Positions 9,424 to 19,940 of a DNA stretch of 64,000 bases are shown here, piece after piece. Origin of the DNA: an uncultured delta proteobacterium (GTDB lineage: Bacteria; Desulfobacterota; RBG-13-43-22); the NCBI GenBank assembly GCA_963790475.1, contig CAWBOS010000011.1:192001-256000 (forward strand), given 5' to 3'. The position numbers were made by a program, and so were the translations under genes. The stretch's first letter is position 1, and every line of letters begins with the position of its first letter. The notes beneath the pieces are model-generated. The model worked only from the letters and a program-made list of their open reading frames with translations. It was not told where the DNA came from and searched no databases.

Positions 9424-11196
9424 ATGAGTGCGATTACCATTATTACCGATGAAGTCCGTCAGCGTCTGATTGACGAATTTACTTCCCCTGGCGGACTATT
9501 TGAAGTCACCACCGAAACCATCCGCGGGGTGAAATACCGGGTTTTTAAATCCTCCCCCAGGAACCTCAGGGAAATGTACGCCCTGGGGATGGACAAGGAT
9601 TCTTTTTATTCCGGGGTCTTTATCAACTGGTTCGGGGATCAGGACTGGCCTTGCATGATCTACAGGGACGAGCGTTATTCTTTTGAGGAAGCGTATCAAC
9701 TCGCCGCTCAACTGGCCTGGCGGATGAAAGAAAGATTCGGCATTGAGAAAGGGGACCGGGTGGCTATTGCCATGCGTAACTATCCCGAGTTTTGCCTGGC
9801 CTTCATGGCCATCACGGCCATTGGCGCTATGGCCGTGCCCTTTAACGCCTGGTGGGAAGGGCCTGAGCTGGCTTATGGACTTCAAGACAGCGAGCCGAAA
9901 CTTATTTTTGCCGATCAGCAGCGTACCGACCGTCTGGTCCCCTATTTAAAAGAATTCAAGATACCCTTAGTGGTGGCCCGGCCTGAAAAAGACCTGCCTG
10001 AGGGTTCCATCCGCTACCAGGATCTGGTTGCGGGATCAAAAGAAAAAGATTTTCCCGCGGCCGAGGTCGATCTTGATGATGACGCCTATATCATGTACAC
10101 CTCCGGCTCGACCGGCCGGCCCAAAGGGGTAGTGACCACGCACCGGGCGGTTATTAACACAGTCATGTCCTGGCATTTTCCGGTTATCGGATTACTGCAC
10201 CTGGATAAGGACTATCTGGATGAAGTCAAACCGGCCAATAGACCATCCACCATCCTGACCGTACCCATGTTTCACGTCACCGGCCTTATCTCGCAATTTT
10301 TGGCCAACTTCATCATCAAAAGAAAAATGATCATGTTGTATAAATGGGACCCGGAAGAGGCCCTCGGGCTGATCGAGAAAGAGCATATTACCCAATTCAA
10401 CGGGGTACCTTCCATGTCCTGGGAAATGGTCAACTCCCCCAATCTAAGGAAATATGACCTGAGCAGTTTGACGGTCATGGGCGGCGGAGGCGCCGCCCGG
10501 CCGCCACAGCATGTCAAACTGTTGGAACAAATTTTAGGAAGGCATATTTCCCAGGCCGGTTATGGGTTGACTGAAACCACGGCCATAGGGGCCACCAACT
10601 CCGGGGAACCCTATTTGACACATCCGGACAGCGTTGGCCGTCCCACCCCTCCCCTGGTTGAGGCCAAGATCGTCAATGAGCTGGGCAAGACCTTAAAGAA
10701 CGGTGAAATCGGGGAGATCTGTTTCAAAAGCCCGGCCAACCTGAGAGAGTACTGGAAGGACCCCAAGGCAACGGCGGATATTTTTCTCGAAGGCGGGTGG
10801 CTGAAAACCGGAGATGTGGGTTTTATTGACGATGATGGCTTTATCTATATCAAAGACCGGGCCAAGGACCTGGTGATCCGGGGAGGGGAGAACATCGCCT
10901 GTCGGGAGGTAGAGGACGCCATATACGAACACCCCAAGGTCTTTGAGGCGGCCGTGTTCGGATTGCCGGAAGAAAGACTGGGCGAACAGGTGGCCGCTGT
11001 AATTCAGGTACGACCGGAAGAAGAATTAACCGAAGAGGAATTGAGGAATTACCTGAGCACCCGGTTGGCCAAATTCAAAATCCCCACTCTGATCTGGATA
11101 CAAAAAGAACCCCTTATGCGGGGCGGTACGGGTAAGATAAACAAAAGAGGGATGAAGGAGGAAAAGCTATCCGGGTTATCAAAGGGCAAATCTTAG
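9424..11196 (+). CDS. Long-chain fatty acid--CoA ligase (AMP-binding)
   Basis: YTSGSTGRPKG, GYGLTET, WLKTGDVG, DRAKDLVIRGGENI, GKINK. Confidence 0.92.
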   Translation: MSAITIITDEVRQRLIDEFTSPGGLFEVTTETIRGVKYRVFKSSPRNLREMYALGMDKDSFYSGVFINWFGDQDWPCMIYRDERYSFEEAYQLAAQLAWRMKERFGIEKGDRVAIAMRNYPEFCLAFMAITAIGAMAVPFNAWWEGPELAYGLQDSEPKLIFADQQRTDRLVPYLKEFKIPLVVARPEKDLPEGSIRYQDLVAGSKEKDFPAAEVDLDDDAYIMYTSGSTGRPKGVVTTHRAVINTVMSWHFPVIGLLHLDKDYLDEVKPANRPSTILTVPMFHVTGLISQFLANFIIKRKMIMLYKWDPEEALGLIEKEHITQFNGVPSMSWEMVNSPNLRKYDLSSLTVMGGGGAARPPQHVKLLEQILGRHISQAGYGLTETTAIGATNSGEPYLTHPDSVGRPTPPLVEAKIVNELGKTLKNGEIGEICFKSPANLREYWKDPKATADIFLEGGWLKTGDVGFIDDDGFIYIKDRAKDLVIRGGENIACREVEDAIYEHPKVFEAAVFGLPEERLGEQVAAVIQVRPEEELTEEELRNYLSTRLAKFKIPTLIWIQKEPLMRGGTGKINKRGMKEEKLSGLSKGKS

Positions 11197-11278
11197 CCTT
11201 AGTCGTGTTATCCAACAGTCAGGTGAAAATATTATCCGGTTTCAGGAGATAGTAACCCTCAAAGGAGGTAAATAAGGT

Positions 11279-12217
11279 ATGACGGAATATACTCAGTTCA
11301 AACTGGCGGCGATTCAGGCTGAGCCGGTTTACTTCGATCGTCAGGCGTCGACCGAGAAAGCCTGTCACCTTATCCGGGAAGCGGGGGCTCAGGGCGCCAC
11401 CCTGGCCGCCTTTAGTGAATCATGGCTGCCGGGTTATCCGTTTTTCGTTTGGGGTTCAGCCACGGGATCGATGGCCGCTGAATATCTGGCCAATGCGGTC
11501 GAAATACCGAGCCCCACCACCGGCCAATTGTGTGAGGCGGCTCGCCTAGCTCATACGGATGTCGTCATAGGTGTGGCGGAACGGGACTCACAGACTCGGG
11601 GAACGGTTTACTGCACCCTGCTGTTCATCGGCAGTGAAGGAACGATCCTGGGCCGACACCGAAAACTCAAACCAACCCACCGGGAACGCACAGCCTGGGG
11701 CGAAGGGGATGGAAGCGGTCTCACTGTTTACGATCGCCCCTACGCTAAAATCAGCGGGCTCAATTGTTGGGAACACAACATGGTCCTTCCCGGTTATGCC
11801 CTGATAGCCCAGGGAACTCAAATCCACGTTGCTGCCTGGCCGGGGATGAAAAACTCGCGCCATATGTTTTTGTCCAGGGCCTTTGCCTCCCAAGCGAGTG
11901 CCTATGTCATTGATGTGGGTGCGGTGCTGTCCCCCGAGCGTGTTTCAGAAACGTATAAGGATCTGGCCAGCAGTTATCCGGGAGAAAGCTGTATCATCGA
12001 TCCCCGGGGTGAGGTCATAGCCGGGCCGGCCGAGGGGGAAACCATCCTCCTGGCCGACTGTTCGATGGATCGCATCTTCTCCGCCAAGGCGCTTTGCGAT
12101 GTTGCCGGGCACTATTCGCGACCGGATCTCTTTCGACTGAGCGTTAACCGATCACCTTATCGCCGGGTGGTCGAGATGCAAGAGCACAAGCCTGACTGTG
12201 ATTCGGACAACCCTTGA
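11279..12217 (+). CDS. Nitrilase (carbon-nitrogen hydrolase)
   Basis: E-K-C triad: FSESWLPGYP, HRKLKPT, LNCWEH; GHYSRPD. Confidence 0.92.
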   Translation: MTEYTQFKLAAIQAEPVYFDRQASTEKACHLIREAGAQGATLAAFSESWLPGYPFFVWGSATGSMAAEYLANAVEIPSPTTGQLCEAARLAHTDVVIGVAERDSQTRGTVYCTLLFIGSEGTILGRHRKLKPTHRERTAWGEGDGSGLTVYDRPYAKISGLNCWEHNMVLPGYALIAQGTQIHVAAWPGMKNSRHMFLSRAFASQASAYVIDVGAVLSPERVSETYKDLASSYPGESCIIDPRGEVIAGPAEGETILLADCSMDRIFSAKALCDVAGHYSRPDLFRLSVNRSPYRRVVEMQEHKPDCDSDNP

Positions 12218-12297
12218 ATCCTGAATATCTTGAATTGAGTCGGACCGGAGAAATTTTATGAAACAGCGGTAAGATCACTTCTGATTGGAGGTAACTA

Positions 12298-12753
12298 ATG
12301 GAACCTGAGCTAAGATTCGCCGGCACCCATGATTTGCTCCAGGCTGAAATCGGGGAGGAAATTACCCCGGTGGAGATGGTTATTACTGAGGAGATGGTAG
12401 AAAGACAGGCCTGGGCTAATGATGATTACAATCCCTGGTACATGAAGGAATCACCTTTCGGCGGCCGTATCGCTCCGCCAACCTTCCTTTCCTACGACAC
12501 CGACATCATGCTATGGAACCACTTTGTTCTGCCCGAAGGTAAAGGTGTTTGGGCGAAACAGGAATTCGAATTCATAAAACCTCTAAGGGTAGGTCAAAAA
12601 ATCAAGATAACCGGCAAAGTGACCGATAAGACCGCGAAAAGAGGGAGGGATCATATATCCTTTGAGTTCATAGTTACAGAAGAGGATGGCTCCGAGGTCG
12701 TGCGGATGCGGTCCGTGCAGGCCTTTCCTTTAATCGCCAGAATGGAAAAATAA
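12298..12753 (+). CDS. MaoC-like hotdog dehydratase subunit
   Basis: DDYNPWY..SPFGGRIAPP, QEFEFIKPLRVG. Confidence 0.85.
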   Translation: MEPELRFAGTHDLLQAEIGEEITPVEMVITEEMVERQAWANDDYNPWYMKESPFGGRIAPPTFLSYDTDIMLWNHFVLPEGKGVWAKQEFEFIKPLRVGQKIKITGKVTDKTAKRGRDHISFEFIVTEEDGSEVVRMRSVQAFPLIARMEK

Positions 12754-12773
12754 ATCCGGATCAGGAGCGGAAG

Positions 12774-13232
12774 ATGAACACAAAATCAATAGACCCGACA
12801 GCATTCCAACCCATGAAGGTAACCGCCAGCAGGCATACCGAGGTCGGATTCGAGATAGAACCTATTACCGAAAAACTTACCCTGGATAAAATACGCCTCT
12901 ATCGGAGTCAGTGGCCGCGCATCAGGAACTGGCACAACGACTATGAGATAGCCCAGAACTGGGGCGTTGATAAGCCCCTGGCCTTTGCCAGCCAGGTCAT
13001 GGAATACCTGGGGGAGATGCTCGTCAAATTTTTCGGTGAAGGGTATCTGGGGGGAAATCTCTCCGTGTCTATTATTCAATCGGTCTTTCCGGAAGACACG
13101 GTGGTTGCCAAAGGCCAAGTTCGGGAGAAGGTCGTGGAAGGCGAAGCGATAAAGCTGGTTCTGGATGTTTGGTGCGAAAACCAGCGGGGCGAGAAGGTAA
13201 TCGTCGGTAAAGCGACGGGGTTTGTGCATTAA
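12774..13232 (+). CDS. MaoC-like hotdog dehydratase subunit
   Basis: NWHNDYEIA, VFPEDTVVAKG, VWCENQRGEKVIVG. Confidence 0.85.
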   Translation: MNTKSIDPTAFQPMKVTASRHTEVGFEIEPITEKLTLDKIRLYRSQWPRIRNWHNDYEIAQNWGVDKPLAFASQVMEYLGEMLVKFFGEGYLGGNLSVSIIQSVFPEDTVVAKGQVREKVVEGEAIKLVLDVWCENQRGEKVIVGKATGFVH

Positions 13233-13233
13233 G

Positions 13234-13622
13234 AGGCAGGGCGGCATAACGGACCGAGAAATCCGGGACCAGAAACCCCGGACGGCTTACCTCCCGGCGG
13301 TACACACCATTGGGCGATAGGCCGACAGCCTGGAAACTCGGGAGATGAGATAGTCGGCTACCTGTCGGCCAATGCTGCCGAGGGTCTGATATACACGGTA
13401 CATCTCATAACGGAAGGGCAACCGGCTAACCTTGCCGAAATAGTCCGGGATAAAATCGCGATCCAGGGCAACGTTATAAGCGATAACGGTGCGGGCTGAG
13501 GGAAGCAGATAAGTGGGGTCGGCTGATGGAGGTCCGGCAAGGTTCTCCTTTACGGTGACCCGCGCATCGGTAGCCCCCACCTTTAGAATATATTCTTTGA
13601 TTTCTTGTTTCAGGTCATTCAT
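13234..13622 (-). pseudogene. 5' fragment of a QueG/reductive dehalogenase-like cobalamin Fe-S protein
   Basis: GPPSADPTYLLPSARTVI, frameshift near 13337, then PDFSVRYAAL; ends at the MaoC stop with no ferredoxin Cys motifs. Confidence 0.65.
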
Positions 13623-13780
13623 TAGTGTTCTCTTTTTTTTGTTTCAAATTTTAAGAAGGGTTGGTTTTTACGGCCCAATTTTGTATAAGCCCATGAACAA
13701 GGGAATCCTCTGTGCACCCTGGAAGCCTCGGACCTGGAGCCTCCGAAACTTTTGCAACATCGAGGTTAATCTCCATAGAC

Positions 13781-15097
13781 TTAATAATGGAACTCGGCGA
13801 TGACTATTTCCCCGGCGTCCAGCGGGTAAGTGAGGACAGTCAGGGATTCTTGATTCAAAACAACCCTTACCGGGCGGAGAGGCCCCGGTTCAAAGCGCTG
13901 TTTCGCTTCGGAGGTTCCCGGCACTCCTTCATTGACCCCTGGCGGCACTTTGCCGTCGATCAGAAATGTATCCCGGCCGTGTCCGAGGTACCCGCGAGGC
14001 CGAGTGAGCGTGACAAGACTACCGCTTCCTTTGTCGCGGTCGCCAAGAGGTCTCAGACGCAGATGAATGTAGGCGCTCGAACGCGGGAATGGCGTGCGAT
14101 AGAGGTGGGTAATCGGGTAGTCGGTTGCCGTAATCACGAATTCATAATAGGCAGTCGGTTTGGCGGTGAAGGGGCCCCAGAGCCCGTTCTCAGAGGTCGT
14201 CCGCTGATGGACTGCTTCTCCCAGGCGCCGGCCGGTTAAGGGGTCGACTTCGTAGATTTCAACCTTCACTCCGGCCAGGGGAAGGTTCGTAGGGGCACCA
14301 TTGGCCCATCCGCTGACCATGCCATTCAGGGTTGGCTGCGGTTGGGGGATGACTTCGAGAGTCTTGGGTTGATAGCCGGTGATGAAGGCATATATAGCTT
14401 TAAAGGCCAGAGAATGGAAGGCGACTTCTCGATGGTCGAGCCCGGGGAGTACTATGTTTTTGGCTCCTCGAAGCTCAGGCCCGGCATAAGTAACATTGGT
14501 CGGGGACCCGGGCATTCCCAGGAATCGCCCATCGGGCTGTGCGTATTTATCATTCGAGTCACTGCGGGTGGTCATGAACTGCACTCCGGGGAAAACCTCA
14601 TCACCGGCGTTAAGTCCGGAAAGGAAAGGACCCAACCCATTCATTTCATTATTAAGATTTGCTGGAGTCGCCTGGACACCGTGATTCGGCGTAGCACACA
14701 AGATAGCTTGGGAAACATTTGCCGCGCCATTTAAGTTCTTTATGTAATTGCGGATCGCGTATCCCCCTCGCGAACTGCCGACCAGGATCACCTTTTTCTC
14801 TCCGGTGCGAGCTTGAATCTCGGAGACCTTGGCCGCGAGCTCATTGGCTTGATCGATGATGCTGCTCCGGTTTTCCTGAGGTTTGGTATCATCGTTACGG
14901 GCGGTGGGGTGCTTGAAGTCGATGGCCGAGAGAAGCGAGGGGTTGTAGCCGTTCGATTCGAAACGCCAGATGGTCGTGTACCATAAAGCGGCGCTGTCAC
15001 CGTTACCATGGACGAAGAGGACAGGGCGAGATGCGTCCGCCCCAACATTGACCGCAAGAAGCATCAGCAGCAAGGCAGCCAAAAGGAACCGGCTCAT
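13781..15097 (-). CDS. Secreted alpha/beta hydrolase (lipase-like)
   Basis: Signal peptide, PVLFVHGNG, GSSRGG nucleophile elbow, DHREVA His. Confidence 0.85.
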   Translation of the reverse strand: MSRFLLAALLLMLLAVNVGADASRPVLFVHGNGDSAALWYTTIWRFESNGYNPSLLSAIDFKHPTARNDDTKPQENRSSIIDQANELAAKVSEIQARTGEKKVILVGSSRGGYAIRNYIKNLNGAANVSQAILCATPNHGVQATPANLNNEMNGLGPFLSGLNAGDEVFPGVQFMTTRSDSNDKYAQPDGRFLGMPGSPTNVTYAGPELRGAKNIVLPGLDHREVAFHSLAFKAIYAFITGYQPKTLEVIPQPQPTLNGMVSGWANGAPTNLPLAGVKVEIYEVDPLTGRRLGEAVHQRTTSENGLWGPFTAKPTAYYEFVITATDYPITHLYRTPFPRSSAYIHLRLRPLGDRDKGSGSLVTLTRPRGYLGHGRDTFLIDGKVPPGVNEGVPGTSEAKQRFEPGPLRPVRVVLNQESLTVLTYPLDAGEIVIAEFHY

Positions 15098-15271
15098 GAT
15101 CTGGCCCGGCGATCTTCTCTGCTGAAGGCCTTTTCATTTTTCTTGAAACTTTTCCATTTTAATTCCTCCCTTGGATATTATCACACCAATTTTCTTTTGC
15201 CCTCTATGAAACTATTCCCGGAATCCGGTTTTTATTTTTCCTCGGCCGGGTGCCTCCGATTTTTTTCTCTC

Positions 15272-16968
15272 CTATCCGAAAACCCCTCCCATGCGGCCCC
15301 CGGCCAGCCGATTGATGATCAACAAACAGGCCGCACCCAGAATGATCAAAATAAATCCCAAAGCTGCCGCTTCATTCACCGACCCGCCGATATAAAAATT
15401 GAAGATGCCCACAGTCATCATTTCATGACCGGGGACGACCAGGAGGAGCGTGGCCGAAGCCTCCTGCAGGGCCAGGATAAAGGAATAAAGAGAGCCCGTC
15501 AGCACACCTTTCCAGATCAGGGGCAGGGTCACATCCTTGAAGGTCCGCGTCTTGGTGGCCCCCACGCTTTCGGCCGCTTCTTCGAAGGAGCGGTGGACGA
15601 TGAGCAGTGACGAAAAGGTCCCGCGGACGGTGTAGGGCAGACGTCTTACCCCCAGTACGATGGGGATGACGACCCACAGTCCGATGAGAGGGATGCCCAT
15701 GAAAGGCAGCGGGTCACGGAAGGCCCGCATGTAGGCGATCCCGATCCCGGTCCCGGGCAGGGCCAGGATCAGCGTCGTCAGGGAATCCAGGATCTCCCGG
15801 CCGGGGAGTTTGGTTCGCGCCATGACCCAGGCCGCGGGGACCCCCACCGCGATACAGATGGCCACGGATATGCCCGAATAGAGCAGGCTGTTGAGAATAA
15901 ATTTGGGTGTTTCCACGGCCACCCGTTGGAAGTACTGCAGGGTATATTTGACGGGAATGGGGGTTAAGGCCCAGCCCTTGCCGAAGGAATCAAGGGCGAT
16001 TCCGACGTAAGGGATAAAAGCGAAGAGGAGTATGAAAATGAGGAAAGCGAGAACGCCGGCCTTGGACAGAGGGGTCAGCTTTTTTCGTTCGATCTGGGCA
16101 TAGGCCAGGGAGCTGTAATCTTTGATGGCCACGTATTTCTTGGCGATGACGAGAAAAACAATGGCCAGAATGACCATGATGGCCGAGATGACGATCCCCA
16201 TCTTGAAAAGGCCCCGGTCCACGAACTGGACGATATTGAGATAGGCCTGGGAGGCCAGGAGGTCATCGACCCCCACCACCAGAGGGGTGGCAAAATCGGC
16301 GAAGGTCCAGATGAAGACCAGGAGGGCCCCGGTGACATATCCCGGCGTGGTAAGCGGAAAGGTGATGTCCAGGAATTTGCGCAGGCCGCGGGAGCCGACG
16401 CTCTCGGCCGCCTCATCGAGGGAAGGCGATATTTTGCTCAGGGCATCGACAATGCTCAGGGTCATAAGGGGAAAGAGGTGCAGCGTCTCCACCAGAAGCA
16501 CCCATGGACGCCGTACATGAAATTGATCGGCTGTTGAAAGCCCAGGTAGTCCTGGAGGAGGATGTTCACCGTCCCGGCCCGCCCCAGGATGAAAGTAAAG
16601 CCCATGACCCCGACCAGGGGGGGCATGATCATGGGGATGATGGTCAGATAGGAAAAGAGGTTTCGACCAGGAAAGTCATAACGCAGCAAAAGAAAAGAGA
16701 CGGAGATACCGATGACCGAGGTAGTCATAACCGTGGCCACACCAAGCAGCAGGGAATTGATAAGTGTCCTCAGGTAGAAGGCATCGGTGAAGAACCGATA
16801 GAAGTTGGCCAGGGTGAAGATCCCGTTGTCGGTGGTAAAGCTGTCATAAAAAAGGCGGGTAAGGGGATAGATGAGAAAGATGATGAAGAAGGCCCAGAGC
16901 GCGGCGTACCCGAAAAGACCGCCGATCCGCCTATCGGACCGGGCACCGGGACTGCTGACGATTTCGGA
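15272..16968 (-). CDS. Iron/thiamine-type ABC transporter permease (FbpB-like); frameshift near 16501, start codon missing
   Basis: Two EAA loops (LDEAAESVG, FEEAAESVG); a G-run deletion at 16501 joins two ORFs; N-terminus reads L-SEIVSS at a junction. Confidence 0.75.
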
Positions 16969-17175
16969 AAGTGCGGGGAGATGAGTGAAATTCTCGTCCT
17001 GGGGAAGCAGGAAGTTGTCGCCTGTCAACAATGCGGGAGCCAAGATTTGATTAAGTTGATGTCCGCTCATCATGTTTCCGTCAGCTCTCCGTCTTTCTCC
17101 ATACCCGAACCCTCAAGCGGTTGCTGCGGATCACCCAACTCTTGCGGAACCCCGGGAAGCTGCTGTTCGAAGTAA
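16969..17175 (+). pseudogene. FmdB-family zinc-ribbon protein lacking its N-terminus
   Basis: KCGEMSEILV..CQQCGSQDLIKLMS and Cys-rich tail GCCG..SC; the usual MPxYEYxC start is absent. Confidence 0.7.
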
Positions 17176-17383
17176 AGAGAAAAACCCAGTAATAAACAGG
17201 CCGGGTCTCTTTATTGCCAAAATGATTTAAATAGATCCGCTTCAGCTTGATTCTGATGGGTGACTGGTGCAGTGGAGTTATCGCTGACCCATCAACCTAT
17301 GAAATTTAGCAGGGGTAATGACGTTGGGGACCTTGGGGTAGTTCTATCAGGTTTAAGGCGAAGGGGGGGCCCCTATTACAAGC

Positions 17384-18769
17384 TCATTCGATGAATTTAG
17401 TAACCAAATAAATAGAGTTGCCCTTTTGGGCCAGGTAATGCAGCCTATCTGAAGAGTCAAAAATGACTCCCCCTTCACTAAACACGATGTCATATGGCTT
17501 CTCTTCCTTTCCGTCAACCACCACAACACATTTGTCACCCTTTTTGGCAACATAAGCCAAATGTTTGCTGTTTGGGCTGAAGTTCAACATGCTTACGAAT
17601 CCGTCATACTGCCTCCCCTCATTCCCATCAACGACCACGATCTGCTTGTTACCCTCTTTAACGGCATAGGCCAGATGCTCACTGTTCGGACTGAATTTAA
17701 GTAACCGCCTCCAGATGCCCTCATAGGCCTTTCCTTCTTTGCCATCTACGATGACAAAGGGAAAAGGTTTAGTGACTTCCCGGGCCAAATAAGCGACACG
17801 GGCAGTATTGGGGCTAAATATGAGAGTGCCTTGCCCCACGTTCTGATATGGCTTCTCTTCTTTGCCATCAATAACCACAAACCATTTATCCACTGCCATG
17901 GCTGAATAGGCCACTCGCCTACTGTCAGGACTGAAGACCGGGATGTCGGTGTTATCATAGTGCTTCCCTTCATTCCCATCAACGACCACGATCTGCTTGT
18001 TACCCTCTTTAGCGGCATAGGCCAGATGCTCGCTGTTCGGGCTGAAGATTAGACTCTCCTTGGTTATAATTTCATATCCCTTCTCTTCCTTTCCATCAAC
18101 GACGACAAACTGTTTTCCGCCCGCGTGAGCCACGTAGGTCAGATGCTTGCTGTTTGGACTGAAGCTGACCATATCTATGCCGTCATACTGCTTGTCTTCT
18201 TTTCCGTCAACGACCACAAGCTGTCTGTTGCCTGCCCTGACCGAATAGGCCAATCGCTCGCTGTTTGGGCTGAACTTGAGGGACCCATTGGCGATGCCGT
18301 CGTATTTTTTCCCTTCCTTTCCATTAATGACCACAACCCATTTATTGGCTTTTTTTGCCACATAGGCGACAAGTGCGCTATTGGGGCTGAAGACGGGAAT
18401 ACTTATGCTGTCGTGTTCTCTTCCTTCCTTCCTATCAATGATTACTAACCATTTGTCGTTTTTCTTGGCTGCGTAGGCCAAACGCTCGCTGTTCGGGCTA
18501 AATATGAGGGTCCCTTTCCCTATGCTATCATAATTCTTCTCTCCTTTTCCATCAACCACGACAAACTGCTTGTCTTTCGCATAAGCCACACAGGCGATGC
18601 GCTTACTGCTGGGGCTGACCGACAAACTATCGAGCATCCATGAAGAGTCCATTTGAGCAACGAGCCTTTCGGATCCCAACCTGTTAGGCGCCTTTTCCCT
18701 GGCATAGACTGACAAACCAATACAGATAAAGAAAAGAGCCGGATACAACAATAGGATTCTCCCGCGCAT
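17384..18769 (-). CDS. Secreted TolB/PD40-like beta-propeller repeat protein
   Basis: Signal peptide plus about 10 repeats of FSPNSxxLAYxA..VVVDGKExKxY; AAGGAGG RBS. Confidence 0.8.
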   Translation of the reverse strand: MRGRILLLYPALFFICIGLSVYAREKAPNRLGSERLVAQMDSSWMLDSLSVSPSSKRIACVAYAKDKQFVVVDGKGEKNYDSIGKGTLIFSPNSERLAYAAKKNDKWLVIIDRKEGREHDSISIPVFSPNSALVAYVAKKANKWVVVINGKEGKKYDGIANGSLKFSPNSERLAYSVRAGNRQLVVVDGKEDKQYDGIDMVSFSPNSKHLTYVAHAGGKQFVVVDGKEEKGYEIITKESLIFSPNSEHLAYAAKEGNKQIVVVDGNEGKHYDNTDIPVFSPDSRRVAYSAMAVDKWFVVIDGKEEKPYQNVGQGTLIFSPNTARVAYLAREVTKPFPFVIVDGKEGKAYEGIWRRLLKFSPNSEHLAYAVKEGNKQIVVVDGNEGRQYDGFVSMLNFSPNSKHLAYVAKKGDKCVVVVDGKEEKPYDIVFSEGGVIFDSSDRLHYLAQKGNSIYLVTKFIE

Positions 18770-19151
18770 TTCAACCACCTCCTTGTTTCCTGGAGTCTAA
18801 GGGACTATAACTCGTTCACATCGGCGCTGCCGATATTTCTTCTATAGTTTATAATCCAATCTGTTGATTTTAAGCAACCTACGCTTACCTGGTCAAGGAA
18901 ATAAACGGGATGGGAGGCAAGGGAATGGAGATTGTTTTTTTTAAGAAAACGGGACTAGGCAGGGTTGGAATTTACAAATTGATTACCGATGGAAATGTGC
19001 GAAAATCCTACCTCCTTTAACGATTTCAAGTAATAAAAACCCTCTAAGGCTGTTAATAACAATTCAACTCGATTATAATTTTCTTTGAAATATTCTTTGG
19101 CCAAACAAAAACCCCACCCTTTTCCTGAGAAATGAGTTCCTTAGTTGAAAG

Positions 19152-19457
19152 TTATTTCCACCCTTCCTTTTCCTTTGCGGCTTCTTTGGTCAGCCATTGC
19201 ATATTACCTGGAGAGTCGGCCCCACCTCGATTAAGCGGGATAATATGATCCACTACATATCCCGGCCTACCATGGGGATATCCCGTTTGTTTCATAAATT
19301 GTTTCTTAGCAGATAAACCCCGATGAGTAATACTCCTTCTATGGCCCGCATGACCTCTGGATCCGGAAGATTTCCTGCCGCTACTCCGGGCAAAGATATC
19401 GGTTGAAAAAGATAAGAAAAGTAGTGCCGATAGAATTATGGGGAAAATTTTCTTCAT
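19152..19457 (-). CDS. Small secreted HNH-motif protein
   Basis: Signal peptide, basic linker, YVVDHIIPLNRGGADSPGNMQW. Confidence 0.75.
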   Translation of the reverse strand: MKKIFPIILSALLFLSFSTDIFARSSGRKSSGSRGHAGHRRSITHRGLSAKKQFMKQTGYPHGRPGYVVDHIIPLNRGGADSPGNMQWLTKEAAKEKEGWK

Positions 19458-19940
19458 ACTAATCCTCTTTACTCTTAAATGTTCGCTCTAATCATTTTAA
19501 TTGATTATGGAAATTAAACGGTCTTCTCCCTATCTTTTTCTATGAATTCGGAAAGTCCTTTCTTAGAATCTTTATCGGGTGATCTAAAGCGTAGTAGAAT
19601 AACTTCAATTTCTTCAGGAGTAGATCCATTGATTTGTTTTCAAATTACCTAGATCGAATCACTTGTCCTTGACAATAGTTAGGTTGATGGATTGTGTCAA
19701 GATAACTTTTCTTGTGACTTCACCTATCAGGCCTATCTTATATTGACCTACCGAAGAGTCAATTTTATTGATTTTTTCAGGCGCAGATACTCCTTTCGAA
19801 TCCGTTTGGATTAGACCCCTTTACAAGACTTGTCATTAAACTATGGAGCACGGCCTTGGAACTGAAGATTTTCCGGTCCGCCTAATGCGGAAGGGGTGCC
19901 CCCCCCCTTTTAAACTTCAGATTGGAAATTAGGCGGTCTC

